This document shows, in pieces, positions 32,905 to 43,835 of a DNA stretch of 64,000 nt. The stretch comes from an uncultured Methanosarcinaceae archaeon (GTDB lineage: Archaea; Halobacteriota; Methanosarcinia; Methanosarcinales; Methanosarcinaceae). How positions within the stretch are numbered: position 1 is the stretch's first letter; every line of letters starts with the position of its first letter. The stretch spans positions 1 to 64,000 of the forward strand of contig CAVTET010000005.1 of the NCBI GenBank assembly GCA_963733675.1. Reading direction: 5' to 3'. A program made the translations under genes and the position numbers. The notes below the pieces were generated by a model. That model worked only from the letters and a program-made list of their open reading frames with translations, did no database searches and was not told where the DNA came from.

Positions 32905-33354
32905 TTATTCTTTATTTGGCTCATAGATCGTTCGCAAGACTTCTCTGCCATGCATTTTTGTATGGTTTATTGCTGCACGGATTGCCACCCGAATCATTTC
33001 CGTGGGGAGGGTTTCTTCTGTTGTCCCACCTGATGTTACTGCCCGGCAGCATGTTGTATTCCCGATAAGATCACCGCAGGATGAGCATTCAGTATACTGC
33101 ACCATGGCACCCACGAGATGTTCAATCGGTATGTTGTTAATGAGCACCAAATTCGACTCTCCAATCCTGTCTTCCGTGAGGGCGTTATCGATGATCTCTA
33201 CCTGTATCCCTTCCAGCTCTCCTGATCGTTCTAGCGATGCGATCGCCTCCAAAATATTCCCGTAGGTACCACTGCATCGGTCACAGGTTTCGCCCCTTAT
33301 TTCGAGATGACGCCATTCGATAGTGAGACCCTGTTGAACCATATCATCCTTCAT
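32905..33354 (-). CDS. DUF2703-like Cys-rich thioredoxin-fold protein
   Basis: IEWRHL...GETCDRCSGT, ESNLVLIN, CSSC...CCRAV. Confidence 0.7.
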   Translation of the reverse strand: MKDDMVQQGLTIEWRHLEIRGETCDRCSGTYGNILEAIASLERSGELEGIQVEIIDNALTEDRIGESNLVLINNIPIEHLVGAMVQYTECSSCGDLIGNTTCCRAVTSGGTTEETLPTEMIRVAIRAAINHTKMHGREVLRTIYEPNKE

Positions 33355-33511
33355 ACCAAATCTCTCCTTTTTCCCACTGCATGATTTTAATAATTGCCCC
33401 GTTAACAATCTCAGTTTTTGAAAACCTATCTTCAGCAATAGTCTATCTTGACTATAATATATAATTTACAATGGACATTGTATTAAAAAATGTGCTTTAG
33501 ACCAAGTATCG

Positions 33512-33661
33512 GGTTCCGTTGCAAAAACTCTGGTTTTTTCACAAAATCATTGAAAAACATCACAATTCGGAAAGTTAATCATTTTTATTCGGGAGGACAT
33601 TATATAAAAATATAAGAATCGTAGTATCAGGCTATGGAAATATCATTTTTGCAACAATGTC
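33512..33661. mobile_element. IS6-derived MITE
   Basis: ggttccgttgcaaaaa...tttttgcaacaatgtc ends, 150 bp. Confidence 0.6.
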
Positions 33662-33737
33662 GGAACTTTTCCTTGTAATTAAAGGTACTAATATCTCTGT
33701 CTTTCAAGACACTAACCAAATATAAAGGATTATAAAA

Positions 33738-34016
33738 ATGGACTCACATGAAAACTAAAAAACGATATATGAATTATCAAAGAAATATGCGGATAAGAAA
33801 GGATATAAACTCAATCCAGATAAAGAGGTGCTTGACATTGTGATCGATGGACTCGCAAAAAATCAAGAAAAATATGGGAAAAGGTACTACCCTTGTAGAA
33901 TACTAACAGACGATAAAGAAGAAAACAAAAAAATAGTCTGTCCCTGCGCATATCATAAAGAATAAATCAAAATGAATGGAATGTGTCAATGTAAACTGTT
34001 TTTGAAAGGAGGATAA
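33738..34016 (+). pseudogene. Ferredoxin:thioredoxin reductase catalytic subunit
   Basis: KLNPD...GLAKNQEKYGKRYYPCR...CPC...CQCKLF with two TAA stops and a lost Cys. Confidence 0.8.
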
Positions 34017-34728
34017 TTATACTAATGATAACAATTTTGCCTTATTCCTATTTATGCAAGGTGGAACTGATAGACCTCAATCAAATGCAAGGTACAATCT
34101 TCAGCTCTAAATTAACTATTGCTTCTTCCAATTCATGCAAACCAAAAACAGCAATTACTATTTTTATATTTTTATATTTAAAAATGCATTCTCTGTTTAA
34201 ATTCACCTTATTACTTATTTCTTCAAACGCAGAAATTACCTTTGTAAAAACTGTTTCTGCACCCTTTATGTATCTCCTTATTCCTGTATGGAACAAGCAG
34301 TGAAATTATTAAAAACAGAAATCCTAAAGCTCCCTTGGCTGCAACAGTCTGTTCACATGAGTATTGATTTTGTGCTCCTTTTAGGTTCATTATATATTTT
34401 ATGTTTAAACGGTCTGTGAATTTAGTATCGGAAAAATAGACGATAAAGAAGCAAAAGCAAATACGATGAAAAAGAGGTTAATAGATAACGCTTTTAGATT
34501 TGCCTGTATGTTTCTCATAGTTTTTTGCGTTTAATCGTACGCTACAGATGGGTAATAGAGTGTATATTTTGATGGCTGGGGTAGTTGGCTACCTATTCCT
34601 CGTTATTTAGAGTTTTCCTTTCTTGTTACTAGGTTCCGAGACTTTGTACTTGAGACACAAGCGAAACAACTTGGTTAGGAATCTCCTTACTAGACTCCGA
34701 AAGAGATGAGGAAGATCAGTTCACATGT

Positions 34729-34744
34729 ATCAATTATTCTTGAT
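34729..34744. promoter_or_regulatory. ATCAA-N6-TTGAT operator
   Basis: gtatcaa-ttattc-ttgatac, followed by gtgggtttttaa. Confidence 0.6.
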
Positions 34745-34991
34745 ACTCGTCCTGTGGGTTTTTAAAATTTAAGTATCTATTTATCTATTACATAGATTTT
34801 AAATCCTACATTCCGCAGATGTACACAAAAATGCCATCAATTATCCCAATATGGCAATAGTTGAAAAATTAACCCATCCTTTGATGGATAATTTTGGGCA
34901 AATCGGCAAATAAATTCTTCATCTGTGTACATTTGCAGAATGTGGGTTATATAGATTTTGGAAAAATTTGATGAATTAAGGAGGCTGTGAA

Positions 34992-35141
34992 TTGGGAAAA
35001 GAAAAGGATGCGGTGCCAGCAGAAAAAACTGAAGATGATCAAAAGGATGATGAAGAAGATATTCTTTACACGCATAAGCCTGATAATCGAGTTAGTAGCA
35101 TTCAATGGAACCCTGCTTTTTGCAGAAGACCTAGCCATTGA
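34992..35141 (+). CDS. 49-aa acidic peptide
   Basis: AAGGAGG RBS + TTG; MGKEKDAVPAEKTEDDQKDDEEDILYTHKPDNRVSSIQWNPAFCRRPSH. Confidence 0.45.
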   Translation: MGKEKDAVPAEKTEDDQKDDEEDILYTHKPDNRVSSIQWNPAFCRRPSH

Positions 35142-35186
35142 AATAGTTGTGAAAAATAGATAAAATTATTAATCGGAGGAAATTAA

Positions 35187-35540
35187 ATGTCATTTTTGAA
35201 TGATATATTGCCTGAAACTGCTGAAGCTTATGGACAGCTGAGAAATTCAATTTTCAAGGACAGCTACCTTGATGTTAAAACTAAAGAATTGATTGCTATC
35301 GCCTCCTCGGTTCTTATGCGCTGCCAATTCTGTGTTGTTGCACATTCCCAAAGGGCAGTTGCTGCAGGAGCCATAAAGGAAGAGATAGCAGAAGCAATTT
35401 CAGTTGCAATGTTTATTGCCGCAGGATCACAGATAGGATGGACTAACGTATATATCGAAAACATATACGACAAAATTTTTGACAACGATCTGAAAGAAGA
35501 TGCAAAAGAAGATGAATGCGGTTGCTGCTGTAAAAATTAA
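35187..35540 (+). CDS. Carboxymuconolactone decarboxylase/AhpD-like protein
   Basis: LDVKTKELIAIA...RCQFCVVAH...GAIKEEIAEA; CGCCC tail. Confidence 0.85.
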   Translation: MSFLNDILPETAEAYGQLRNSIFKDSYLDVKTKELIAIASSVLMRCQFCVVAHSQRAVAAGAIKEEIAEAISVAMFIAAGSQIGWTNVYIENIYDKIFDNDLKEDAKEDECGCCCKN

Positions 35541-35608
35541 AAGCTACCATTCATTTTCATTTCCAAGTATACCTATTTTTGATATTTTTTTAGCTGTGTG
35601 CCTAACTC

Positions 35609-35965
35609 TTATTCTTTTTCATTTTGGATCTGAGATATAATGCTCAAAATATTCCCAAATTCAGGGTTTAATCTGTAAAAATGCCATTTTGAACTGCTAT
35701 AACCTTCGATGACTCCACAATTTTTCATAATCGTCAGGTGATGGGAAACCAAGTTCTGTCGCACATTTAACTTAAATATTAGTTCACAGACACAGTGATC
35801 TCTTTGAGAAAGAAAGTAAGCAATCTTCAGTCTTATCGGATGTCCAAGAGCACTAAATATATCACTAGCTTTTTTTAGGTCATTTTCCAGAAAATCTATT
35901 TCCTGGAGCATTTTTTCTTCCCATTCTTTCTTTTTCTCTGGTTCTGTAGGGCAGCAATAGCTCAT
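35609..35965 (-). CDS. arsR: ArsR/SmtB regulator
   Basis: FSALGHPIRLKI...HCVCEL...QNLVSHHL; N-terminal CC. Confidence 0.9.
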   Translation of the reverse strand: MSYCCPTEPEKKKEWEEKMLQEIDFLENDLKKASDIFSALGHPIRLKIAYFLSQRDHCVCELIFKLNVRQNLVSHHLTIMKNCGVIEGYSSSKWHFYRLNPEFGNILSIISQIQNEKE

Positions 35966-36004
35966 AAATTAAAGAACTTAAGCTTTCTAATTAAGGATTT
36001 TCAT

Positions 36005-36020
36005 ATCAATTTTGTTTGAT
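36005..36020. promoter_or_regulatory. ATCAA-N6-TTGAT operator upstream of arsR
   Basis: atcaa-ttttgt-ttgat. Confidence 0.65.
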
Positions 36021-36234
36021 ACATAATATAATTTATATATGTTTAGTTTGATGCCACAAATAAAAAGCCAATAATTAGCATGCTTCCGATATCTAGAAAA
36101 GAAAAGTATCAATAAAACAATATAGACATAACTTTGTTAACATAACCATTAATTCCACATCTTGCTTTTTTATAATGAAAGAAAAAGATGCAGAGTTAAT
36201 CAAATTTTACAGAACTTTGGGTACACTGCCAAAA

Positions 36235-36567
36235 TTAATGTGTGTAGTCAATAATTTTTACGGTATCGCCAAGTTTCCTAACGATGGAGTCTTTCATTGC
36301 TTGTGCATGAGGACACGGAAAACCTATAGGAGTACCCTTAAATATGCAAGAAGCAAATACGATTGTGTCTGACCTTCTTCTTACCATTTCTGCCGCTCTT
36401 GTTACAGCTTTTTTACCTGGGCAACCACCACAAGTATTGATACCTATTACTTAAATGTCTTCTGTAATTCCGTCAAAAGCCAGTTTCTTTTCTTTTATCA
36501 CCTTTAAACAAGCAGTAGCAGGACACATATCTTCTGTTTGAGTACATCTGATTAAGCCAACTTTCAT
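36235..36567 (-). pseudogene. CGGC-domain protein with one in-frame TAA
   Basis: MKVGLIRC...CPATAC...DI*VIGINTCGGCPG...CPH...YTH. Confidence 0.85.
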
Positions 36568-36876
36568 AAAACATTCTCCTTTACGTTTTTTACAAATACA
36601 AATCATTGTTTGTTCTGCATAAATCTTCCATGCAATAAATTAATAGTTTTTTGCGTCTGTCTCCTTGTTAGCCTGTGTAAGAGCCAAACGTAAAGATAAA
36701 AACAAAATCTAATAGCTACTTCTTTGCCTTAAAACATAGCTATTTAGTTAAACGGATAAGTGAACTTTAAGTATTTTTCGATGTCTGAAACTTCCGAAGA
36801 GCTGCAGAAAATCGGAACTATTTTGCAGGAATAGAATACGCTTTAATAAAGTCATCACGAATGATTTGTAGAGAAA

Positions 36877-38022
36877 ATGAAACAGTTAAACAGCCTTGAC
36901 CATATTAAAAGCTCATATAAAGCGCGAATTTCTCAGGTAGCTGAGGAAAGGAAAACTGGAAAGAAAATAGTTGGTACTTTTTGTCTTTTCGTGCCTGATG
37001 AAATAATCTTTGCTGCAGGTTCTGACCGTATGATACTTTGCGGGGGTAAAAATGAAACTGTGTCAATAGCAGAACAATATTTACCTAGGAATATCTGCCC
37101 ACTTGTCAAGTCTTCTTTTGGTTCGATTGTTAATAACAGTTGTTCTGGTGTAAAGTCCTGCTCTCACTTCGGCATGATAGACATGATCGTCGCCGAAAAT
37201 ACCTGTGATAGTAAGAAAAAAATGTACGAGTTATTGGGAAATTATGTCTCAACCTATGTGATCGACCTTCCGCAAAGATCCGACAGCTCAGACGCCCTAA
37301 AATATTTTTTGAGAGAGCTTGACAAATTTAAAGGCGCCATGGAACAGCTTACAGGCAATAAGGTCACTGTTGAACAATTAAAGAAGGAAATAAAGTCCTT
37401 AAACGAAACTAGAAAATTGGTTCACAGGCTCTATGACTTACGAAAAATGGATCCCCCGTCTATCAATGGTGTCGATGTTTTGAAGGTCATGCAAAAGCAG
37501 TATTTCCTATCTCTGGATCAATTAAAGGAAGCCCTTAGCATGCTTATTAGGGAAGTAAAGCAAGTTAAGGTGGACTGGGTGCACAAGCCCAGGATAATGA
37601 TCTCCGGCTGTCCGATGCCGGGTGGCAACACAAAAGTGCCGGAGATAATCTAAAGTAAGGGTGGAGTAATCGTTGCGGAAGAAAGTTGTACGGGTACAAG
37701 ATCATTCTGGGATCTAGTAGATGAATATAAGGATCCAATGCTGGCTTTGGCAGAACACTACATCAAAATACCCTGTTCCTGTATGAGTCCAAATAACCGC
37801 CGCATCGATAACATCTTAGAACTTGCGAGAGAGTTTAAAGTCGATGGTGTAGTGTACTATACCTTGCAATTCTGCCATGGCTACAATATTGAAAAGTATA
37901 AAGTACAGCAGGCGCTGAAGAAAAAGGGAATACCTATGCTCACAATCGAAACTGACTACAGCGACTCTGATATCGAGCAGATAGGACTTCGTGTAGATGC
38001 TTTCATGGAGATGCTATCATGA
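36877..38022 (+). pseudogene. 2-hydroxyacyl-CoA dehydratase family, double-cubane-cluster protein (DCCP) type; one in-frame TAA
   Basis: GTFC, LCGG, LPRNICPL, TCDSKKK, SGCP, EESCTG, CSC, LQFCH; stop at 37651-37653, frame continues to 38022. Confidence 0.8.
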
Positions 38023-38780
38023 TCTCAGTGGGAATAGATGCAGGCTCAGCCACTACAAAGGCAGTCATGGTCATTGGAGGTCAGATTGTTTCCGACAATA
38101 TCAGGCCCACAGCATTCGATTTTGTATCAGTGTCAGAAGCGGCATATAAAAATGTGCTTGCCAATGCCGGAGTCGACGAAGACAATGTTGATCTCGTGTA
38201 TGCAACCGGATACGGGAGGAATAACATAAAGTTTGCCGACAGGGCTATAAGCGAGATCACCGCCCAAGCTAAAGGAATTTATCACCTGTATCCGGAAGTT
38301 AATGGTATAATAGATATCGGAGGCCAGGATAGCAAGGTTATCTCAGTGAATGGGGGAAAAGTAACTGATTTTTTAATGAATGACAAATGCGCAGCTGGCA
38401 CAGGCAAATTCTTAGAGTACACTGCAAGGGCGCTTGAAGTGCCGATAGAGGAGCTGGGGAGTCTGGCGCTTGCTTCAAAAACATCTGCAACCATAACAAA
38501 TATGTGTACTGTTTTTGCAGAGTCCGAGGTAATATCTCTTCGTGCGAGAGGATTTACGAAAGAAAATATCGCAGCTGGACTCATTGAAAGTATTGCTAGA
38601 AGGGGTGCTGTCATGGCCAGGCAATTAGAATTAAAACAAAATGTAGCTTTTGTGGGTGGTGTGGCTAAAAACGCTGGTATTGAAGCAGCGTTGGAAAAAG
38701 AACTGGACATCTTGCTTTATGTGCCACAGGAACCCCAAATTATGGGAGCATTAGGAGCAGCACTGTATGGCATAAGTTAA
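38019..38780 (+). CDS. ATP-dependent [4Fe-4S] activator (HgdC/DCCP-R type, ASKHA)
   Basis: GIDAGSATTK, ATGYGR, DIGGQDSK, MNDKCAAGTG, CTVFAESE. Confidence 0.9.
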   Translation: MISVGIDAGSATTKAVMVIGGQIVSDNIRPTAFDFVSVSEAAYKNVLANAGVDEDNVDLVYATGYGRNNIKFADRAISEITAQAKGIYHLYPEVNGIIDIGGQDSKVISVNGGKVTDFLMNDKCAAGTGKFLEYTARALEVPIEELGSLALASKTSATITNMCTVFAESEVISLRARGFTKENIAAGLIESIARRGAVMARQLELKQNVAFVGGVAKNAGIEAALEKELDILLYVPQEPQIMGALGAALYGIS

Positions 38781-39079
38781 AACAACCATCTTATCTCCCG
38801 CTTACATTAAAATTGGCTCGTTGCTGTTTTATTCCTGGAAGCCACACAAACCGTTAGCTTAGCTCCAAAGGGTAAAGCTAACTTCAATTCTTCTGAAATA
38901 ATCTATATATGTACAGTCTTGGCTCGCCAGAAGGCATATAATGCTTATAATTAAAATATTCAAGTAAGCTAAAATCTTCTCCTAAGAATTTTACCAATAT
39001 ATTTTGCTCATAGTTTTTAACATCCAAACCGCTACATTTTTTGCTCCTTCTAGCGAAAAGGCAGAAATAATGACATAAC

Positions 39080-39655
39080 GGTTACGTTGCAAAAAATCCA
39101 TTCTAATGATATGATAGAATAAAAAGAAAACCAAAGATCGTAATATGCTATCTAATTCCTTTAAATGGAAGCATTATGAAGGAGAAATCATCTTATTGAA
39201 TGTAAGATGGTACTTAAAATACCCACTTAGCTATAGAAATTTAAAGAAAATTGATAGAAAGAGGAATTCAAGTTGATCACAGTACTATAATGAGATGTGT
39301 GCATCAATATTCCCCTGAAATATAAAAGAAGATAAGAAGACATTTAAGACCAACAAATGATTCGTGGAGAGTTGATGAAACCTATATCAAAGTAAAAGGT
39401 AAATGGAAATATCTTTATCGAGAGTTGATTCAAATGGAGATACAATTGATTTCATGTTAGGTTCAAAACAAAATAGAAAAGCAGCGAATAGATTCTTTAA
39501 AAAGGCTTTAAGTTCAAATCATAATCAAATTCCAAGGGTAATAACCGTTGATAAAAATCCAGCCTATCCACCTGCTATAGATAAACTGAAAAATGAGAAG
39601 AATTTGTTTAAAAATGTTGAAATTAGATAAGTGAGGTATTTGAATAACATTATTC
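39080..39655 (+). mobile_element. IS6-family transposase remnant with left IR
   Basis: ggttacgttgcaaaaa; FKWKHYEGEII, WRVDETYIKVKGKW, TVDKNPAYP; stops and frameshifts. Confidence 0.85.
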
Positions 39656-39744
39656 TCTAGGTTAATGACCCTATTGTCCACAAAATCGGGTCTTGGATAT
39701 CTTCATATGAATTCGCGTGCCCGAGAAAATAGCCATATATATTC

Positions 39745-39993
39745 CTCACCTGGAGATAAAAGTGAAATCAATTATATGATTTTTTTATCAAAGACAGTAA
39801 CTAGTCCGTGATCAGTTACATGCGATCAAACAGAAATTCATAAATCAGAGAGATATTGAATAGGTATATTCTACTTACTGTCTTGCAAAGTCATAGATTA
39901 AATATATGTTTATTATTTTACTAAAGAAATTTTATTTAATTTTCAAGTAATTATTAACGAAAGCTGTAAACAATATAGGTATTTATGGTAGTT
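39745..39993 (+). repeat. ~250-bp dispersed repeat, copy 1
   Basis: Homologous to the reverse complement of 61067-61312. Confidence 0.75.
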
Positions 39994-40318
39994 GGAGCTG
40001 AACCAAAGTATTCTCCTTCAAAAGTCATGCAAATTATAAAAAGTATTATAGCAAGATAAATCTTTAAACAATACCCTGAAATCAAAAAACAGCTTTAGGG
40101 TGGTGAACTGTGGAGTGATTGAGGTTACATTGGAACTATAGAAGATGGAACAACTTCAGATGTTATCAAAAACTATGTTGAAAATCAGGGAAACAGGGAA
40201 GAAAAAGAAGCATATCAGCAAATGAAAATATTCGATTTTTAATAGCCATTAAAACCAGAGCGGGGGCGCGAACATACCCCGCTACAAGCAGCGGGAGGCG
40301 CCAGCGCAACTTTGATTT
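39991..40318 (+). mobile_element. tnpA: IS200/IS605 tnpA 3' remnant with GC-rich end
   Basis: PKYSPSKVMQIIKS...KQL*GGELWSD*GY...IKNYVENQG; hairpin cccgct...agcggg. Confidence 0.8.
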
Positions 40319-40319
40319 A

Positions 40320-40790
40320 GTGATTCCTTTTGTATCTGGATTTTTAACCCACTACTTCTTAAGTCCTTCAAAAGGAGCGGAATGGTATGATAATAAATTT
40401 ATTCCTAGGACAGGTCCAATTTCGCTTTATGCTCTATTATTTACGATTATTGTAATGTTCTCTTTAAAAGGTGAATATATTGTTACGTTGCCTTTAGATG
40501 TTGTAAGAATTGCAATTCCACTCTTAATTCATTTTGGAATCATTTTCGGAATCTCTTTCTTCGTCTCCCAAAAAATGGGCATTAACTACGCACAAACAAC
40601 ATCTCTTGCTTTTATCGCAGCAAGTAACAACTTCGAGCTGGCGATTGCAGTCGCAGTAGCAATCTTTGGTATTAATTCAGAGCAGGCATTTGCAGCGGTA
40701 GTAGGTCCTTTGATTGAAGTGCAGTTATGGCTGGACTTGTGAATGTAGCACTTTACTGGAGAAAGAAATATTTTTCTGTTGCCTATTCTT
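40320..40790 (+). pseudogene. acr3: acr3 3' half (ars copy C)
   Basis: Homologous to 21163-21620; 5' lost at IS200; frameshifted. Confidence 0.9.
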
Positions 40791-40914
40791 GATTACGCAA
40801 AATATGGTGGCTAGTTATTCCAACATATTAAAAAATGATTTGTATAAGCTGAATAAAAGTCAAGCCGAGAGAATATTAGTGTAAATAATATATAAATTAA
40901 AGGAGAAATATTTG

Positions 40915-41289
40915 ATGGCAAAAATAACAATTTTTGACCCTTCAATGTGTTGTTCCACGGGTTATGTGGACCTGTAATTGACTTGGAGCTTTTAAGGATA
41001 TCAACTGTTATAAGTAATCTTGAAAAAAACAGTGTAAAAGTTGAAAGATATAACCTTAACAGTAATCCACAGGCTTTTGTAGATAACATAGTTATAAACG
41101 AAATACTAAACCGAGATGGTGTTGAAGTGTTACCCGTAACTATTGTTGACGGTAGTGGTCAAGACTAAGAAATATCCTACAAACGATCAGCTGCTTAAAT
41201 TTTTGGATGTACCAGAAAGCTATATATAGAGAAAAGAAAAGCCTGCGACGAAGGACTCCTGTTGTAGCGATGGTCGTTGCTAACATTAA
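40915..41289 (+). pseudogene. arsD: arsD, frameshifted
   Basis: Homologous to 17993-18370 with indels. Confidence 0.9.
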
Positions 41290-41298
41290 GCCAATTAG

Positions 41299-43053
41299 GT
41301 GAGTATATTGTTTGAAACATTTAACCCCAAAAAAATAAAACTTACTAAACATTTATTTTTTACAGGTAAAGGCGGTGTTGGAAAAACATCCACTGCATGC
41401 GCAACTGCTGTGACTCTAGCGGATGAAGGGGAAAAGGTTTTGCTGATTAGTACTGATCCTGCCTCAAATCTGCAAGATGTATTTAACATCGAGTTAAATA
41501 ATAAAGGGGTTTCTATAAAAGATGTGCCCAATTTGATTGTGGTCAACATTGATCCTGAAGAAGCTGCACAAGAATATAAAGAAAATATTGTAGCACCATA
41601 TAGAGGGAAGCTACCTGAAGTAGTAATTAAAAGTATGGAGGAACAACTTTCAGGTTCATGTACTGTTGAAATAGCTGCCTTTAATGAGTTTTCAGCATTT
41701 ATAACTGATGAAAAGATAGAGCAAGAATATTACTATATCATTTTTGATACAGCTCCTACTGGACACACTCTTCGATTAATGCAGCTGCCTTCAGCCTGGA
41801 GTAATTTCATAAGCGAAAGTACACATGGAGCTTCTTGTTTAGGCCAGCTTTCCGGGCTTGAAAGTAAAAAAGAGATTTATAAACAAGCCGTAGAAACACT
41901 ATCTAATAAAGACATGACTACTCTGATTCTTGTTTCCCGCTCGGAAAAAGAACCTCTTAAAGAGGCTGAGAGCGCTTCACAGGAGCTGAAATATTTAGGA
42001 ATTAATAATCAAATACTTATAATCAATGGCATGCTGCAAAGCTATGATGATATTGCATCTCGAAGCCTTTTTGACAAGCAACGAGAGGATTTAAAAGGCA
42101 TGCCCGTTGATTTAAAAAATTTCATGACTTATAAAAGTCCTCTCAGAGTCTATAATATTACCGGTATAGATAACGTAATGGCATTCTTACACCAGGAGAA
42201 CGATAAAATTAGAGGTGAAAAGATCCGTTCTAAGCGGATTCCTAAACTCAAAAATGTTATAGATGACCTGTATGTTTCTGGCAAAAAAGTAGTATTCACC
42301 ATGGGTAAAGGTGGAGTAGGAAAAACAATGATTGCAGTAGCAATTGCATTAGGTCTGGCCAGAAAGGATGCTAAAGTTCACTTTACAACAACAGACCTTG
42401 CAGCGCACGTTAAATCTATGATAGAAGAAAGTAGTGATATAACAATAAGTAGGATTGACGAAGAGGCGGAGCTTGCTAAATATAAAGAATAAGTGCTTAG
42501 CAAAGCAAGGGAAACAATGAGTGAAGAGGATATCGCCTATATAGAAGAAGATTTAAAATCCCCCTGCACGCAGGAAATTGCTATTTTTAGAGCGTTTGCT
42601 CAAATTGTAGAGAAAGCTAAAAATGAGGTTGTTGTTATTGATACAGCTCCCACAGGACCTACTCTTTTACTTCTTGATTCAATCCAAAGTTATCATAGAG
42701 AAATCAGTCGTTTGCAAAGTGATATCCCAGAGTCAGTTGAAAATTTGTTACCCATGTTGAGAAATGCTGAAGAAACCGAAGTTCTGATCATTACATTAGC
42801 AGAAACTACACCTGTGTACGAAGCAGTGCGGCTTGAGTCTGACCTCAAACGTGCTGGAATCAATAGCAAATGGTGGATAATCAATGCCAGCTTATATGCA
42901 ACTGAAACAGCGAATAAAACACTTAAGGCAAAGGCCAGCAATGAGATTGAATGGATAAACAAGATTGACAAGCATTCCAATGGAAATTTTGCGGTTATAG
43001 AGTGGACAGCAGATGAAATTAAAGGTGAAAAGCTATTAGATCTGATAGAGTAA
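41299..43053 (+). pseudogene. arsA: arsA with in-frame TAA at 42490
   Basis: Paralog of 18380-20134; GAA>TAA; second DTAPTGH changed to DTAPTGP. Confidence 0.9.
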
Positions 43054-43133
43054 TATGAAGCTCAAATACATAGAAATAATAATACGTGCAGTCAAGTAAA
43101 CCTAAATTCAATTGACTGTCGATTTTTTTACTA

Positions 43134-43835
43134 TCAGTACCCCCGCCTGAGAATAGCTATCAGTTCATCTGCATGTGGCATTCTATCTTCTATTTTTGCG
43201 CAGACTGCATCGATATCGTAATTGAGCCGAAGATGTTCTGTTTTTCCGTTTTCAGTATCAAATACAGCACAGCTTGCTCTGGGGTCTCCATCTCTTGGCT
43301 GCCCCACTGAACCCGGATTTATTATAGTTAGGTTTCCGAGTTTCCGATTCATTTGGATGTGAGGGTGCCCGACAACTAGAAATTCTGCGTCCACTTGCTC
43401 CCTTGCTTCATTTACCATATTCCGGATTTCTTCATCTGGAGTTTCTGGTTTGATATATTCGAACATTGAACGGGGACTTGCATGGGTTAGGTAAAGTTTT
43501 TTTCCTTCTATTTCTTCTTTAATCAGAAATGGGAGTTTCTGCAGATATGTTATTCTAGGTATGTCAAGAACTTTCCATGTATATTTCCTGGTCGCAATTG
43601 ATAGATGCTTATACTTATATCCACATCGGCAGTCTACCTTAAAAGCGACTGCATTATCATGGTTTCCTCTTATTGTTGGGATTACTTTTTCTCGCAAGAG
43701 ATCAATACATTTGTCAGGCTCCGGCCCATAGTCCACAATATCTCCAAGGCAGATGACCCTATCGTGAGGAACTTCAAGAACAGTCTTGAGAGCTTCATAG
43801 TTTGCATGGATGTCAGCAATCAGTAAAAGTTTCAT
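43134..43835 (-). CDS. Calcineurin-like metallophosphoesterase (YfcE type)
   Basis: DIHAN, GDIVDYG, GNHD, THASP, GHPH, NPGSVGQPRDG. Confidence 0.9.
   Translation of the reverse strand: MKLLLIADIHANYEALKTVLEVPHDRVICLGDIVDYGPEPDKCIDLLREKVIPTIRGNHDNAVAFKVDCRCGYKYKHLSIATRKYTWKVLDIPRITYLQKLPFLIKEEIEGKKLYLTHASPRSMFEYIKPETPDEEIRNMVNEAREQVDAEFLVVGHPHIQMNRKLGNLTIINPGSVGQPRDGDPRASCAVFDTENGKTEHLRLNYDIDAVCAKIEDRMPHADELIAILRRGY

Noticed and set aside
36235-42492. TAA reassigned to Glu
   Set aside because: TAA ends many intact genes here, the tRNA-Glu has a normal TTC anticodon, and the same regions carry frameshifts and other stop types
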